DNA from: Candidatus Margulisiibacteriota bacterium
Lineage (GTDB): Bacteria > Margulisbacteria > Marinamargulisbacteria > JBFWNS01
Length of the DNA stretch: 64,000 nt
Assembly (NCBI GenBank): GCA_050250935.1
Contig: JBFWNS010000002.1
Location: 67,130-131,129, forward strand
Direction: 5' to 3'
The notes beneath the pieces were generated by a model. That model was not told the DNA's origin. It saw only the letters and a program-made list of their open reading frames with translations, and ran no database searches. How positions within the stretch are numbered: position 1 is the stretch's first letter; the number at the start of each line of letters is the position of its first letter. Shown here one piece after another: positions 38,302-48,120 of the stretch. The translations under genes were made by a program, and so were the position numbers.

Positions 38302-39249
38302 CTATTTGATAATCCTTCTATTGGTTCCATCAACATTCACTATTCCAATCCCCTCTTTTGCACCACCCCCATAGTTTGTGTACCCCGTTGTAAACATCAC
38401 CTCTTCCACATTCGTCGGATTTAATGGGTTTGTGGCCAACTGGTGCTCACCATTTATTGGCTCTCCAATCGCTATTGCCGCATCCAGGCTCGGATAGGTT
38501 TCGATTACCGTGAAATCAGAAGTTCGTCTTTTTGCAGTTGTATTTCCTGTCACGCCGCCCAAGAAATAAGTGCCCCCAGGGTAATACTGATCCGCTCCAC
38601 TTGGCATGGCATCATGAATAATGTCGCCAGTCTCGCTAACCATTCGAATCACATTGTTTGGATAGTTGCCATATTGACCGATTATGTTTGGGGCATACTT
38701 CCAACACTGTACCAACCCAAGACTATTCAGGGCACTTACAAACGCCCCATCCCTTGTATAAAGTTTAGCCCCGCCACTCTCGGTTCGAACCACTATCTTG
38801 GTTTCGTCGGGGCTCCAATCAAATTCTCGAATCACGCCGTCGTTTCTTGGAATTTCGATATCACTCACTTTTTGGAAACCCGGATACGACCATACTTCCA
38901 AGCCTATCCCACCCACCGTCACCACATAATTGCCAGACGGCGAGGCATTGGCCCGCATATATTCCTCGTACCCCAACCCCAGAATCTCCCGTTCTCCACT
39001 GCCGTCTGCATTCATGATCACCCAATGGTTTTTCTTGATTTGGCTGTTGCTGCCCCCACCCAGCCCCCCTTGGGTGACCGTCTCGATCCGCTCTCGCGTG
39101 GCCAGGATCTTGCCGTCCGCTGTCCATGCGGGATTGTAGTAGTAGTCCGAGGTTGTGGTTTTTCCGCCGCAGCCTGATAGCACAAATGCAAACAGCAGCG
39201 CCACCACTCCCAATAGTCCCTTTGTTTTTTTGTTTTGCAGTCTTGTCAT
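38302..39249 (-). CDS. Lipoprotein with TolB/PD40-like beta-propeller
   Basis: Lipobox VLSG-C; NPAWTADG, MNADGSGEREI, ASPSG, WSPDETKI, VNVDGTNRRI. Confidence 0.8.
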   Translation of the reverse strand: MTRLQNKKTKGLLGVVALLFAFVLSGCGGKTTTSDYYYNPAWTADGKILATRERIETVTQGGLGGGSNSQIKKNHWVIMNADGSGEREILGLGYEEYMRANASPSGNYVVTVGGIGLEVWSYPGFQKVSDIEIPRNDGVIREFDWSPDETKIVVRTESGGAKLYTRDGAFVSALNSLGLVQCWKYAPNIIGQYGNYPNNVIRMVSETGDIIHDAMPSGADQYYPGGTYFLGGVTGNTTAKRRTSDFTVIETYPSLDAAIAIGEPINGEHQLATNPLNPTNVEEVMFTTGYTNYGGGAKEGIGIVNVDGTNRRIIK

Positions 39250-39462
39250 TTGGCTTCCCTTGATACCCTTTGAATGTTTTTTGTGTAGTATATCCGAATT
39301 TTGAGGGTCATGGGTTGGATTTTTTGAAGTCGATTTTAAGAAGAAAGTTAAAACTCTGCTTTATGTCGTTCCAAGAGTTTATCCCAGGAAATGCCGATGC
39401 GCAAGTTTTTGTTTTGATATTTTTTTATTTACAATTAAAAAGACTTTAACCCCATGAATGGA

Positions 39463-40788
39463 TTAAAAAAAATAGGTCAGTACAACTTGCAAAGAAGTTC
39501 CACCCCAGGCCTTTTGCCCTGAAGACCCAGAGCCTGCCCCATCAGTCGAAGAGGTATCTGATGCAGGCTCGTTGGATGAGGCCTCCACCGTTTTGCTCCA
39601 CAGCGGAATCCATTGCGAAAGCCCCGTTTTTAGCTCTATCGAAGAGCCTATCTGCCACTTTTTAACCAACGAGATTTGGGCCAAATACACCCATTCCAGA
39701 CTCAGAGGCGCGGATCTTTCAAAATGATTGCCTACCAAAATTCGAGAATATTGGTCTATCGCACCGGCCCCCTCCATTTTGGATAGGGTGCACGCCAGCT
39801 CCCAATCGGATGCACGATAATTTCCTTGCACGCTATACTCTCTAAACGCTGCAGCAGGAATTGAATAAGCCGAAGTTCCAAAGCCATCCCAGGGCGGGGA
39901 GAGCCCATTACTGGTTTGGGCATAGCCGCGGGTTAGATCGGATCTTTTGTAGCCCAACCGTAACCCCAAAGAAGCCAATTCCCAATCCAAACTGGCTTCT
40001 TCAGACTCCAAAATTCCCTCCCCACTCAGCATTTCTTTGCCACTATAAACGGCTCCAAGCTTGAACTCGGTGGGCTCGCCTCTGCTATAGATGGCTTGCC
40101 AAGCACCAGTGTCGGTCTGCACTTTACAACCCAGCGTTAAAAACCTTGGTTCAAAGTTGCCGTTAAGTTGGTTTTGAGCACTTGATTCTCCACCCCACTG
40201 ATACACCCGACGCCCAGAACCCGCTTGAACTTGAATCCATTCATTAAGAGAAACCCCAACACCCACCTCGACATGGGCCAGGGTTTCGATGGGCTTAAAA
40301 ATCGCAACACTGTCTCCATTCGAAACAGAAAGAAATCGGTCCTGATTGTCTGTCTTTTCTGACCCATAAATTTCGATGGGCCCCAAAAAGAGCTTACCGC
40401 CGATCTCGTGAGATGGAAAATCGAGTCCAGAGGTGAGGCTATGGGTCGAAAAATATCCGCCCCACCCCTGCCACCAGGTCCCATCAAAGTGGGACCAGAC
40501 CCCGAGTTTTTTGGATTCCGAAGACAAGTGAACCTGAGTCTGAGGATCCCTAAAATCAAATTGATCGTTTGTCTGCACGTGAAGAATTCGAATTCTTCCA
40601 ATTTCTCCCCCAAAGCCCATCTCGGACTGAACCGTCTGGACCTGTCGCCAGCACTGGGTTTTAGAATCCTGAAACAACAGATCATGGGACAGATCTACCG
40701 CCAAAAAAGACCTATCTTGAGACCAAGCGGCCAACGAGATAAACACGCAGCAGCCGGCTAGAACACCGGCTGCACAAAACTTATTCAT
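39463..40788 (-). CDS. Putative outer-membrane beta-barrel protein
   Basis: Signal peptide, alternating amphipathic strands rich in G/W/Y, and C-terminal beta-signal LQVVLTYFF. Confidence 0.65.
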   Translation of the reverse strand: MNKFCAAGVLAGCCVFISLAAWSQDRSFLAVDLSHDLLFQDSKTQCWRQVQTVQSEMGFGGEIGRIRILHVQTNDQFDFRDPQTQVHLSSESKKLGVWSHFDGTWWQGWGGYFSTHSLTSGLDFPSHEIGGKLFLGPIEIYGSEKTDNQDRFLSVSNGDSVAIFKPIETLAHVEVGVGVSLNEWIQVQAGSGRRVYQWGGESSAQNQLNGNFEPRFLTLGCKVQTDTGAWQAIYSRGEPTEFKLGAVYSGKEMLSGEGILESEEASLDWELASLGLRLGYKRSDLTRGYAQTSNGLSPPWDGFGTSAYSIPAAAFREYSVQGNYRASDWELACTLSKMEGAGAIDQYSRILVGNHFERSAPLSLEWVYLAQISLVKKWQIGSSIELKTGLSQWIPLWSKTVEASSNEPASDTSSTDGAGSGSSGQKAWGGTSLQVVLTYFF

Positions 40789-40794
40789 TAAAAC

Positions 40795-42990
40795 CTAAAG
40801 CTTAACCACCCGAAGCCCACCACTTGCATTGATCCAAATGGTTTTTCCATCGTTCCCAAAGATTGCGGTTCTTAATTCATCAACCGTACTTGGAGTGAAA
40901 TCCATATATTGCTTCTCTGTAATGCTAGACCCACTCAAGGTGTAGATAACTATGAGTCCGGACCGGAATTGAATCAAAGCCTTGTCGCCCTGAACATCAA
41001 GACTGGAAATTCCTGCTGGTGGGGATATCCTCCTAGCCAAAGACATGGTTCCCTGCGGGGATATAGCGTAAAACTCAATGTACTGAGTCCCGTAGTAACC
41101 AGCGCTTCCGCAAACAACAGCCAGCTTGCTAGACATCTTCATACCACGTACATACCAAAGCTGGGTTGTATAGGACGAAATCGCTCCCGACACATCCAAA
41201 AACAACCGGCTTTCCCCACTCCAAGCTGGCTGGTACCCCATGACTCTGTCGTCAGAAAAATCACTAATGTAATAGGAAGAAAGAGCACGTTGGGAAAGCA
41301 GGACTGGGGCCTCGGGATCACTTACATCATATCGGTACAAAGTCCCAGATCCATACACACTCAAAGTTGTCCCAGAAAGACTACATCTTGACGCGCCACT
41401 AACCCCAAACTCCCCAATCTTTTGAATGGTGCCATTGCTGATTTTCAGAATTTCTGGTTTCCCATAACTTTCGTTGAGAAGAAAAATAATATTTTTATAA
41501 GCCGAAAACTGGGGGCGACTGGAGCCAAAGTAGCCAGACTGCTGGGTATAATTGGTCACAAACTGGTGGGTAGAAGCATCATAAACCTGTATCAGACCGC
41601 GAGACCAATTGCTATTCGACATCACAATATAGCGATCAGTTTGAACAATATTTGGCCAAAGCTCATAGATATTCTCACGAAGCCCCAAAGATTCCCCCTC
41701 GGATTTGTAAAACCGAAGACCCAAAAAGGCATTTTCTCGCCAATCTTCGAAGCTTTTTAAGGTTGGAAAAAGACCGTGAATGGTAAAATCGAAACCGGCA
41801 GGAAAATCGGCGGCATCCAACTCGCCCTCTAGGTTAATACCCAACAGCGATCGAAAATCGCGAATGGGGTTGTCAAAAAAGGCCTTTAGATTGATGGGCA
41901 AATTGACACTTCGGAATTCGTTATCTCCTTCACCCAGTTTCACTTTGTACACCAAATCGGTGGTTTCCCCCTTAATCGATCGGTAGACGTTTTCGATATT
42001 CAAGCGTGTCACGGTCAAATCGCCTGCAAATCCATATCGAGCCTGAAGATCGGGGTTTGGCATGGCATTTTTAAGGAGTCCCAGGTACGCAAACAGCGCA
42101 TTCCCAAAACTAATTCTGGCCTCTTGCATCGACTTCAGCCCATCTGGCCTTAGGGTTCCAAACGAGGAATTTTTTGAAAAAGCTTCAGCACCACTCACAT
42201 AAGACCCTTCTGGCAAAACCATGTCGTAGGCCACCACTGTGCTGATGACCCCTCTAAAGGCGGAAAGCGCAGAATACAAGGCCAAAATATCGTTTCGGTA
42301 TACCGTCGTGGGATGGCCTGGAGCAGCTTCAACCGAAAATGAAAAATTGTCTTTTCCGTGCAATAAAATCTGATGCAAATGGGCAATCACAGCATCAAGC
42401 GCTGGCAAAGATTTTTCTAAAACCGTGCGTGTTTTTTGTTGAATCACAACACCGGAAGGCCCAACCACCAAGGCCGCATTGATGATCCCGTAAGTCAAAA
42501 CAGGATCCGAAGCCGCCATCTTAGCCCCACCTAAAGCAAAAACGCCTGTACCCGACACCGTTTTTCCGGTCAACTCGCTAAGCAGGTCACCATAGGCTGC
42601 TTTGAGTTCGCTGTCTTGACTCATAACATACAAATCGTTGTCTACCAGGTACAAATTAGCAACCGGATGGGTTGGGTCCAACTGAATTAACTGCTGGGCA
42701 ACATCAGTGGCCTGGGACCTATTGGCCATCGACGCATTCAAATCGTCTGTCAGCGCGTTAACAGAGGCTGTTTGCTCTGGGCTCAGGCTAGGGGCTCCAG
42801 TAGCCTCTAAATCCGTCTCCAGGGAAGATAGTGTCGTTTGAATCGAGGAAATTCCTCCAGAACCGCCATCGTTGGCCGAGGACATCCCCGGCAATTTTGA
42901 ACACCCAAGCAGTAACAAAACGCCAACTAGGATACAACTTCCCTCGGCTACTCTTCCTAGAAATCGCTTTGGTTTTTTATTTTTATCCAT
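40795..42990 (-). CDS. Lipoprotein with helical N-domain and C-terminal beta-propeller (LVIVD-like repeats)
   Basis: Lipobox LLLG-C, Gly/Ser linker, and repeats such as LYRYDVSDPEAPVLLS and LIQVYDAST. Confidence 0.7.
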   Translation of the reverse strand: MDKNKKPKRFLGRVAEGSCILVGVLLLLGCSKLPGMSSANDGGSGGISSIQTTLSSLETDLEATGAPSLSPEQTASVNALTDDLNASMANRSQATDVAQQLIQLDPTHPVANLYLVDNDLYVMSQDSELKAAYGDLLSELTGKTVSGTGVFALGGAKMAASDPVLTYGIINAALVVGPSGVVIQQKTRTVLEKSLPALDAVIAHLHQILLHGKDNFSFSVEAAPGHPTTVYRNDILALYSALSAFRGVISTVVAYDMVLPEGSYVSGAEAFSKNSSFGTLRPDGLKSMQEARISFGNALFAYLGLLKNAMPNPDLQARYGFAGDLTVTRLNIENVYRSIKGETTDLVYKVKLGEGDNEFRSVNLPINLKAFFDNPIRDFRSLLGINLEGELDAADFPAGFDFTIHGLFPTLKSFEDWRENAFLGLRFYKSEGESLGLRENIYELWPNIVQTDRYIVMSNSNWSRGLIQVYDASTHQFVTNYTQQSGYFGSSRPQFSAYKNIIFLLNESYGKPEILKISNGTIQKIGEFGVSGASRCSLSGTTLSVYGSGTLYRYDVSDPEAPVLLSQRALSSYYISDFSDDRVMGYQPAWSGESRLFLDVSGAISSYTTQLWYVRGMKMSSKLAVVCGSAGYYGTQYIEFYAISPQGTMSLARRISPPAGISSLDVQGDKALIQFRSGLIVIYTLSGSSITEKQYMDFTPSTVDELRTAIFGNDGKTIWINASGGLRVVKL

Positions 42991-43053
42991 AACCCACTCC
43001 CCTAAAATCGTAATTGCAATATTTTTATTACTTGTTTATTTTATAACGCAATT

Positions 43054-43082
43054 ACTCTACAGACCAAGACCTCTACTGTCAA
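43054..43082 (-). promoter_or_regulatory. sigma70 promoter of the lipoprotein/beta-barrel pair
   Basis: Minus strand TTGACA-17 nt-TAGAGT in an AT-rich intergenic region. Inverted repeat GTAATTGC (43010-17) / GCAATTAC (43048-55) lies just downstream. Confidence 0.65.
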
Positions 43083-43134
43083 TAGATATTTATTAAAATA
43101 AAAATATTACCTAATAATGTAATAAGACTATCTT

Positions 43135-44904
43135 TTAATCACCGCGCCCCACCTCGTAAACATAAACATCATAAGGCACTTCGGAGGCTGAAAACTGATT
43201 GACCAAAACCAACTGAATAGCTTCGGGATGGGCAAAAGGAACCGCAGAAAAGACGTATCGTCCTCCCATTTTTTTGAAGGCTTCGGTGTTGAAGTTGAAG
43301 GACTGGATGGGAATTGCTTTTTCCTTGGGAACCAACCAATCGTGGAGCTCGGCGGGCATCAGATAACATCGGCTTCCAAACGTATCGAAATACGATTTTT
43401 TCTGAGGATCTTTGTCTAGCTCTTCTGCCATCAATTGCCGAAATTGATGCTTATAGCTTAGCGGGTAACAATTTTGGTAAGCATCGAGGGTATAAAAGCC
43501 ATTGTACGTAAGGATGCTGGGATACAACCCCACCGCAACGACACGATAAGTGCTTGGCGGTGGCAGTTGCGATTTAATTTGGGCGAATAAATCCACGGCA
43601 TAAAACCGTTCATAGGTTAGTTTTTGAGCAGAATTTCCCATCAGCGTTCCCCAGTTATCCTTAAAAATGGGGTTTTTATCGATGACAAATACCAATTGTG
43701 CCACCAAGAGCAAAATGGCCCACCGGCGAGCCCGGGTCTGGCAGATTAAATGAATGCCAATCGCAAATAAAAGGTACCAAAGCAACGGGTTAAACCAATA
43801 AAACCGGCTTGCATTAAATTCCACTAAAAAAGGGAAGACTTTTCGAATTTCAATCAACCCTTGCCACCCCCAAAACCCATAAAAAAACGAGAACGCCACA
43901 CAAAGCGTGAACAACCCCACGAGGGTTTTGCGATACTGCTTTTTGTATAAAGCGATTCCCAAAGCGATTGGAAAAACCAAAACAGCAATGCCCAAATGTG
44001 CGCTGATCACATGCCCCGAACTGTTGAAGAAAAAATCCCAGGTTTGAAGAAGGGACTGCCTAAACGTCTGGTCTCCAAGACTAAATTCTGCGCGCTGGGA
44101 GATCAGTTGATGCGTTAACATCAACTTCAACAGCGGCGCCTCTACAACTGCATAGGTAATGCCCAAAACACCCATTGCCATCAAAAGGGGTCGATGGAGC
44201 TTTTTTTCTTTGACCCAAAAGACGCCAACCGCCAGGGAGCATCCAATCAAAATAAAAAGACCGCCAAAAAATAAGGATGAATAAAAAGCAAAGCCCATAA
44301 CCACACCAAAATGTCGGTATCGATACTGTCGCCAAGCTATCTGGTAGAGTGCATACAAAAGCAAAGGCTGCCCCGCAACCGTAAGCCCGTAAACCGTGAT
44401 AAACGACAAGCTTGCAAAACAAAGGGCAATCCACCACCCCATCCAAGCCTGTTCGGGCTCTTTGAAAAATAGGGCCGTTGTTAGCAGGCCCATCCCCAAA
44501 AAGGCCAAACAACGAATTAAAATCTCGTTGGTGATAAAAGCAGCAATCGGCGACATCAGCGCATAGAGCAGGTTTGTCACTGAATAGGCCGATGGCAACA
44601 CGGCTCGGGGAATTCCATTCATGATTTGAGGCACTGTTGACGTTGTGCTTCGGTCCCAAAAGGTATGACTATCCACCAGTACTGTACGCCAAGCAATTTC
44701 GCTATCGTGTTGGTCCCAAGCCGATATGGCAACCCTTTCGCCCAAGACAAACAGAGGCAAGAGGGTAAAAGCAAATAACCCCACGACCAAAGTTTTTTTC
44801 CAATCCCATTTCCCCCTCAGTTGGCCATACAGATCGTGGATGTTTCTCCAAAACCAAAGCAGCCAGCCGAGAGCTAGTGAAAAATAGGCACTAATATCCC
44901 TCAT
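43135..44904 (-). CDS. DUF6044-like polytopic membrane protein
   Basis: Many TM segments, and a C-terminal YRVVAVGLYPS...YNGFYTLDAY...YPLSYKHQFR...YFDTFGSRCY motif recognised as DUF6044-like. Confidence 0.75.
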   Translation of the reverse strand: MRDISAYFSLALGWLLWFWRNIHDLYGQLRGKWDWKKTLVVGLFAFTLLPLFVLGERVAISAWDQHDSEIAWRTVLVDSHTFWDRSTTSTVPQIMNGIPRAVLPSAYSVTNLLYALMSPIAAFITNEILIRCLAFLGMGLLTTALFFKEPEQAWMGWWIALCFASLSFITVYGLTVAGQPLLLYALYQIAWRQYRYRHFGVVMGFAFYSSLFFGGLFILIGCSLAVGVFWVKEKKLHRPLLMAMGVLGITYAVVEAPLLKLMLTHQLISQRAEFSLGDQTFRQSLLQTWDFFFNSSGHVISAHLGIAVLVFPIALGIALYKKQYRKTLVGLFTLCVAFSFFYGFWGWQGLIEIRKVFPFLVEFNASRFYWFNPLLWYLLFAIGIHLICQTRARRWAILLLVAQLVFVIDKNPIFKDNWGTLMGNSAQKLTYERFYAVDLFAQIKSQLPPPSTYRVVAVGLYPSILTYNGFYTLDAYQNCYPLSYKHQFRQLMAEELDKDPQKKSYFDTFGSRCYLMPAELHDWLVPKEKAIPIQSFNFNTEAFKKMGGRYVFSAVPFAHPEAIQLVLVNQFSASEVPYDVYVYEVGRGD

Positions 44905-45095
44905 GTTTGTTCCTTTTTTATTCAAAAAAGAAAAACAGAGGTATTCAAAAATGAGGTCGACTTCAACCTCAAACCAGGGTTTTAACAGGACTTCTTTTAA
45001 CTAAGTTTGCAGATCATACTAGAAAAAAGGGCCGTAAAACAACCCACTTTATTTTTTACCTGCAATTTTCCACCAAAATCCCCGATAATTGTGCA

Positions 45096-45503
45096 ATGTT
45101 ACCCAAGCTTGTTTCGACCGATCAAAGAACTTTAACCAGGACCAGTCGCCTTAGAGATCTATTTGTTCTAGCGACAGATAGCCACACACAGGGCACCACC
45201 CCCTCACATCCGCTCTACACACTTCCAAGTTCAGTGACCCCCTCTCAGCAAGAGGTCATTGAGATCATAAGGGCTGAGTTAATGCAGCTCCACCCAAGAA
45301 ACATGGATTTTGGGTCGCATGAAGTCAGGCGTCGCGATTTAGAGGCTCTAAAAACCATATTTACAATTGAAATAGAAAAACTTGATTCACCCCGTCCTTC
45401 GGGTGCAAGTTCAAAACTCGTTTTTAGGCCTGGATTCGGACAAACAACAACATTTTATCTGACTGTTCGAGACTCATCCAACGACTGCTGCACCCTGCTG
45501 TAG
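45096..45503 (+). CDS. Hypothetical protein (orphan)
   Basis: 135-aa ORF filling an intergenic gap; no recognisable motif. Confidence 0.5.
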   Translation: MLPKLVSTDQRTLTRTSRLRDLFVLATDSHTQGTTPSHPLYTLPSSVTPSQQEVIEIIRAELMQLHPRNMDFGSHEVRRRDLEALKTIFTIEIEKLDSPRPSGASSKLVFRPGFGQTTTFYLTVRDSSNDCCTLL

Positions 45504-45576
45504 GGGCTTTATACAATCCCCTTTGGCTTGGTACACTTTAAGCCTTCATCTTTGTTGGGCTTAAGGAACACAGGTT

Positions 45577-47157
45577 ATGAAAAACAGACTTTGGGTGGTT
45601 CTCGTGTTGATGGTGGGGCTTTTTGTGGCCGGGTGTTCGGGATCGGGTTCGAAACAACCGAAAACCTTAACCTTTCATTTGAGTGCCGAACCCGGCAATT
45701 TAAACCCCTTGCTCTATACCGATGTGTATTCGGGAACGGTCTGTGACGCCGTGTTTAATGGTCTTTTAAAGGCCAACGAAGATCTGGAAATCGTGCCTGA
45801 TTTGGCCGAGTCCTATAGCGTAAGTCCCGATGGCCTGACCTATACCTTTAAACTTAAAAAAACCGTGACCTGGCACGATGGCAAACCGTTTACATCCGCC
45901 GACGTCTTGTTTACGTTTAAAACCCTGTTTGACCCCAAAACCAATACGGTTCGGCGCAGTCAGTTTATTGTGGATGGGAAGCCCATTCGGTTTTCGGCCC
46001 CAGATCCGCTCACGGTGGTGGCCACTTTGCCCAAACCTTTTGCCCCCTTTTTAAGCGCCATGACCCAGGCCATTATTCCAGAACACCTTTTAAAAACCGT
46101 TGATGTGAACAAAGCGGCGTTTAATCGCCAGCCCGTCGGCACGGGACCTTTTGTCTTTGTAGAATGGAAACCTGGGCAATTTGTCACCCTAAAGCGGAAC
46201 CCCCATTATTTTGGAAATTTGGCGAAATCCGAAACCCTGCGGTTTAAAATCATTCCCAATACCAACACCACCCTCTTGGCCCTGAAAAAAGGGGAAATTG
46301 ACGAAGCCTCGGACCTTCAACCCCAAGATTTTGAAGCCCTTCAGTCCGATCGGAACCTGGCCACCTATAAACTGCCCCAACTTCGCTATACCTATATTGG
46401 CTTTAATTTGAAACATCCCCTGCTGTCCCAGTTGGCGTTTCGCCAAGCGCTGGCTTTGGCCATCAACAAAGACGCCATTGTGGCCTCGGTGCTTAAAGGC
46501 TATGGCCAACCCGCCGAATTGCCCCAAAGTCCCTATGCGTGGTCTTATCCCAAAACCGCAAAAGCCTTGTACCCATATAATCCCACCGAATCCAAAAAAC
46601 ACCTGAAAACCCTGGGCTTTGTTTTTAATCCCAAATCCGGCTATTTCGAAAAAAATGGAAAACCCATTGAACTGACCTTGATTACTGCCAAAGACAACAA
46701 ACGGTCTGAAAAAACCGCGGAAATTGTTCAGCAATTTTTCAAAAATGTGGGGGTCAAGCTGAACATTCAACTGCTGGAATGGCAATCGTTTTTGAAAATT
46801 ATCACGGCACCCCAAGACCCGAAAGGCTACGATTTGTGCATGCTCAGTTGGTCGTTAAACATCGATCCAGACGCCTATGATGTCTGGCATTCCAGTCAAT
46901 ATCCCGCTGGGTTTAATTTTGTGGCCTATCACAACCCCAGCGTTGACCAATTGCTCGAGCAAGGTCGTTTGACCGTTGAGCCTGAAAAACGCAAGGTGAT
47001 TTACAAAAAAGCCTACACCCAAATTGCCAGCGATCTGCCCTATGTGTTTTTGTTTTATCCCGATGCCTTATCGGCGGTTAGCAAGCAGTTGTCCGGGCTT
47101 TCCAAACCCGGCCCTGCAGGGTTGTTTGTTCACCTCGAAAATATTGAAAAACGCTAG
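45577..47157 (+). CDS. Peptide ABC transporter substrate-binding lipoprotein (family 5, OppA/AppA-like)
   Basis: Lipobox VAG-C, PDLAESY, WHDGKPFTSADV, PVGTGPF. Confidence 0.93.
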   Translation: MKNRLWVVLVLMVGLFVAGCSGSGSKQPKTLTFHLSAEPGNLNPLLYTDVYSGTVCDAVFNGLLKANEDLEIVPDLAESYSVSPDGLTYTFKLKKTVTWHDGKPFTSADVLFTFKTLFDPKTNTVRRSQFIVDGKPIRFSAPDPLTVVATLPKPFAPFLSAMTQAIIPEHLLKTVDVNKAAFNRQPVGTGPFVFVEWKPGQFVTLKRNPHYFGNLAKSETLRFKIIPNTNTTLLALKKGEIDEASDLQPQDFEALQSDRNLATYKLPQLRYTYIGFNLKHPLLSQLAFRQALALAINKDAIVASVLKGYGQPAELPQSPYAWSYPKTAKALYPYNPTESKKHLKTLGFVFNPKSGYFEKNGKPIELTLITAKDNKRSEKTAEIVQQFFKNVGVKLNIQLLEWQSFLKIITAPQDPKGYDLCMLSWSLNIDPDAYDVWHSSQYPAGFNFVAYHNPSVDQLLEQGRLTVEPEKRKVIYKKAYTQIASDLPYVFLFYPDALSAVSKQLSGLSKPGPAGLFVHLENIEKR

Positions 47158-48120
47158 ATGTTAAAGGCAGCAGCGTATCGGCTTTTGGCCGCGATTCCCT
47201 TGCTGATAGGCATTACCCTGGTCTCGTTTTGCTTGATGAAACTGGCCCCAGGCGATCCGGTTACCCAATTTTTAGACCCCCGATCCAGCGCCCAAGACAT
47301 TGCCCAAATGCGACACAATTTGGGGCTGGACCAACCCATTCCGATTCAATATGCCAAATGGCTGGGCGGGATTTTGAAAGGTCATTTTGGCTATTCGTAT
47401 AGCACGGGCCAACCCGTTTTAACCCTGATTCTCGATCGGATCGGCCCAACCCTGCTGCTGTCTTGTTCGGCCCTGCTGTTGATTTTTGGCTTGGCTTTGC
47501 CTGTGGGGTTATGGACGGGTGCCCATGCCGGAAAAAAAGCGGATTCCTGGGTTACCGTCCTCTCGTTTATTGGTTATTCCATGCCCACTTTTTGGCTGGG
47601 CCTGATGCTGATTGTGATTTTTTCGGTTCAATTTAATGCCTTCCCCACTTCGGGATTCATGGACCCCGGTTTGGAAGACAGCGCTTGGTGGATGCAAGCC
47701 GGCAACGTGATTTGGCACATGGGACTGCCCTTGTTAACCATCGTGATTGGCGGCTGCGCTGGCATGATTCGATACACACGCTCGAGTGCCATTCGGGTTT
47801 TGGGTCAGGACTACATTAAAGCAGCAAGGGCCCGAGGTCTTTCCGAAGCTCGCCTGCTCTCGAAGCACGCCCTTAAAAACGCGGCCTTGCCCATCATTAC
47901 CATTTTGGGGCTGGAATTACCTGGTTTGATTGGGGGGTCGTTTGTGATTGAGTATATTTTTTCCTGGCCAGGGCTAGGCCAATTGGGCATTGCCTCGGTG
48001 TTTTCCAGAGACTACCCAGTGGTGATGGCCACCCTCCTGTTTTCGTCGATTTTGATGATTGTGGGTAATCTATTGGCCGACTTGGCCTATCAATGGGCCG
48101 ATCCGCGGATTTCGGACTAA
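47158..48120 (+). CDS. Peptide ABC transporter permease (OppB/DppB-like)
   Basis: LAPGDP, GLDQPIPIQY, DYIKAARARGL (EAA loop), ADLAYQWADPRI. Confidence 0.93.
   Translation: MLKAAAYRLLAAIPLLIGITLVSFCLMKLAPGDPVTQFLDPRSSAQDIAQMRHNLGLDQPIPIQYAKWLGGILKGHFGYSYSTGQPVLTLILDRIGPTLLLSCSALLLIFGLALPVGLWTGAHAGKKADSWVTVLSFIGYSMPTFWLGLMLIVIFSVQFNAFPTSGFMDPGLEDSAWWMQAGNVIWHMGLPLLTIVIGGCAGMIRYTRSSAIRVLGQDYIKAARARGLSEARLLSKHALKNAALPIITILGLELPGLIGGSFVIEYIFSWPGLGQLGIASVFSRDYPVVMATLLFSSILMIVGNLLADLAYQWADPRISD

Noticed and set aside
13251..39177. Many short antisense or alternative-frame ORFs within the giant, lipase and lipoprotein genes
   Set aside because: Shadow ORFs from codon bias and repeats; no motifs or RBS support.
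13169..39249. Diversity-generating retroelement, Rhs/YD, RTX or CDI toxin
   Set aside because: No reverse transcriptase, no repeat pair differing only at adenines, and no YD, GGxGxD or TPS/VENN motifs were seen.
39372..39400. sigma28-like motif (AAGAGTTT...GCCGATGC)
   Set aside because: It is on the plus strand with no downstream gene, and the spacing is imperfect.
43005..43014. Zur box (AAATCGTAAT)
   Set aside because: Only a half-site is present; the symmetric half is missing.
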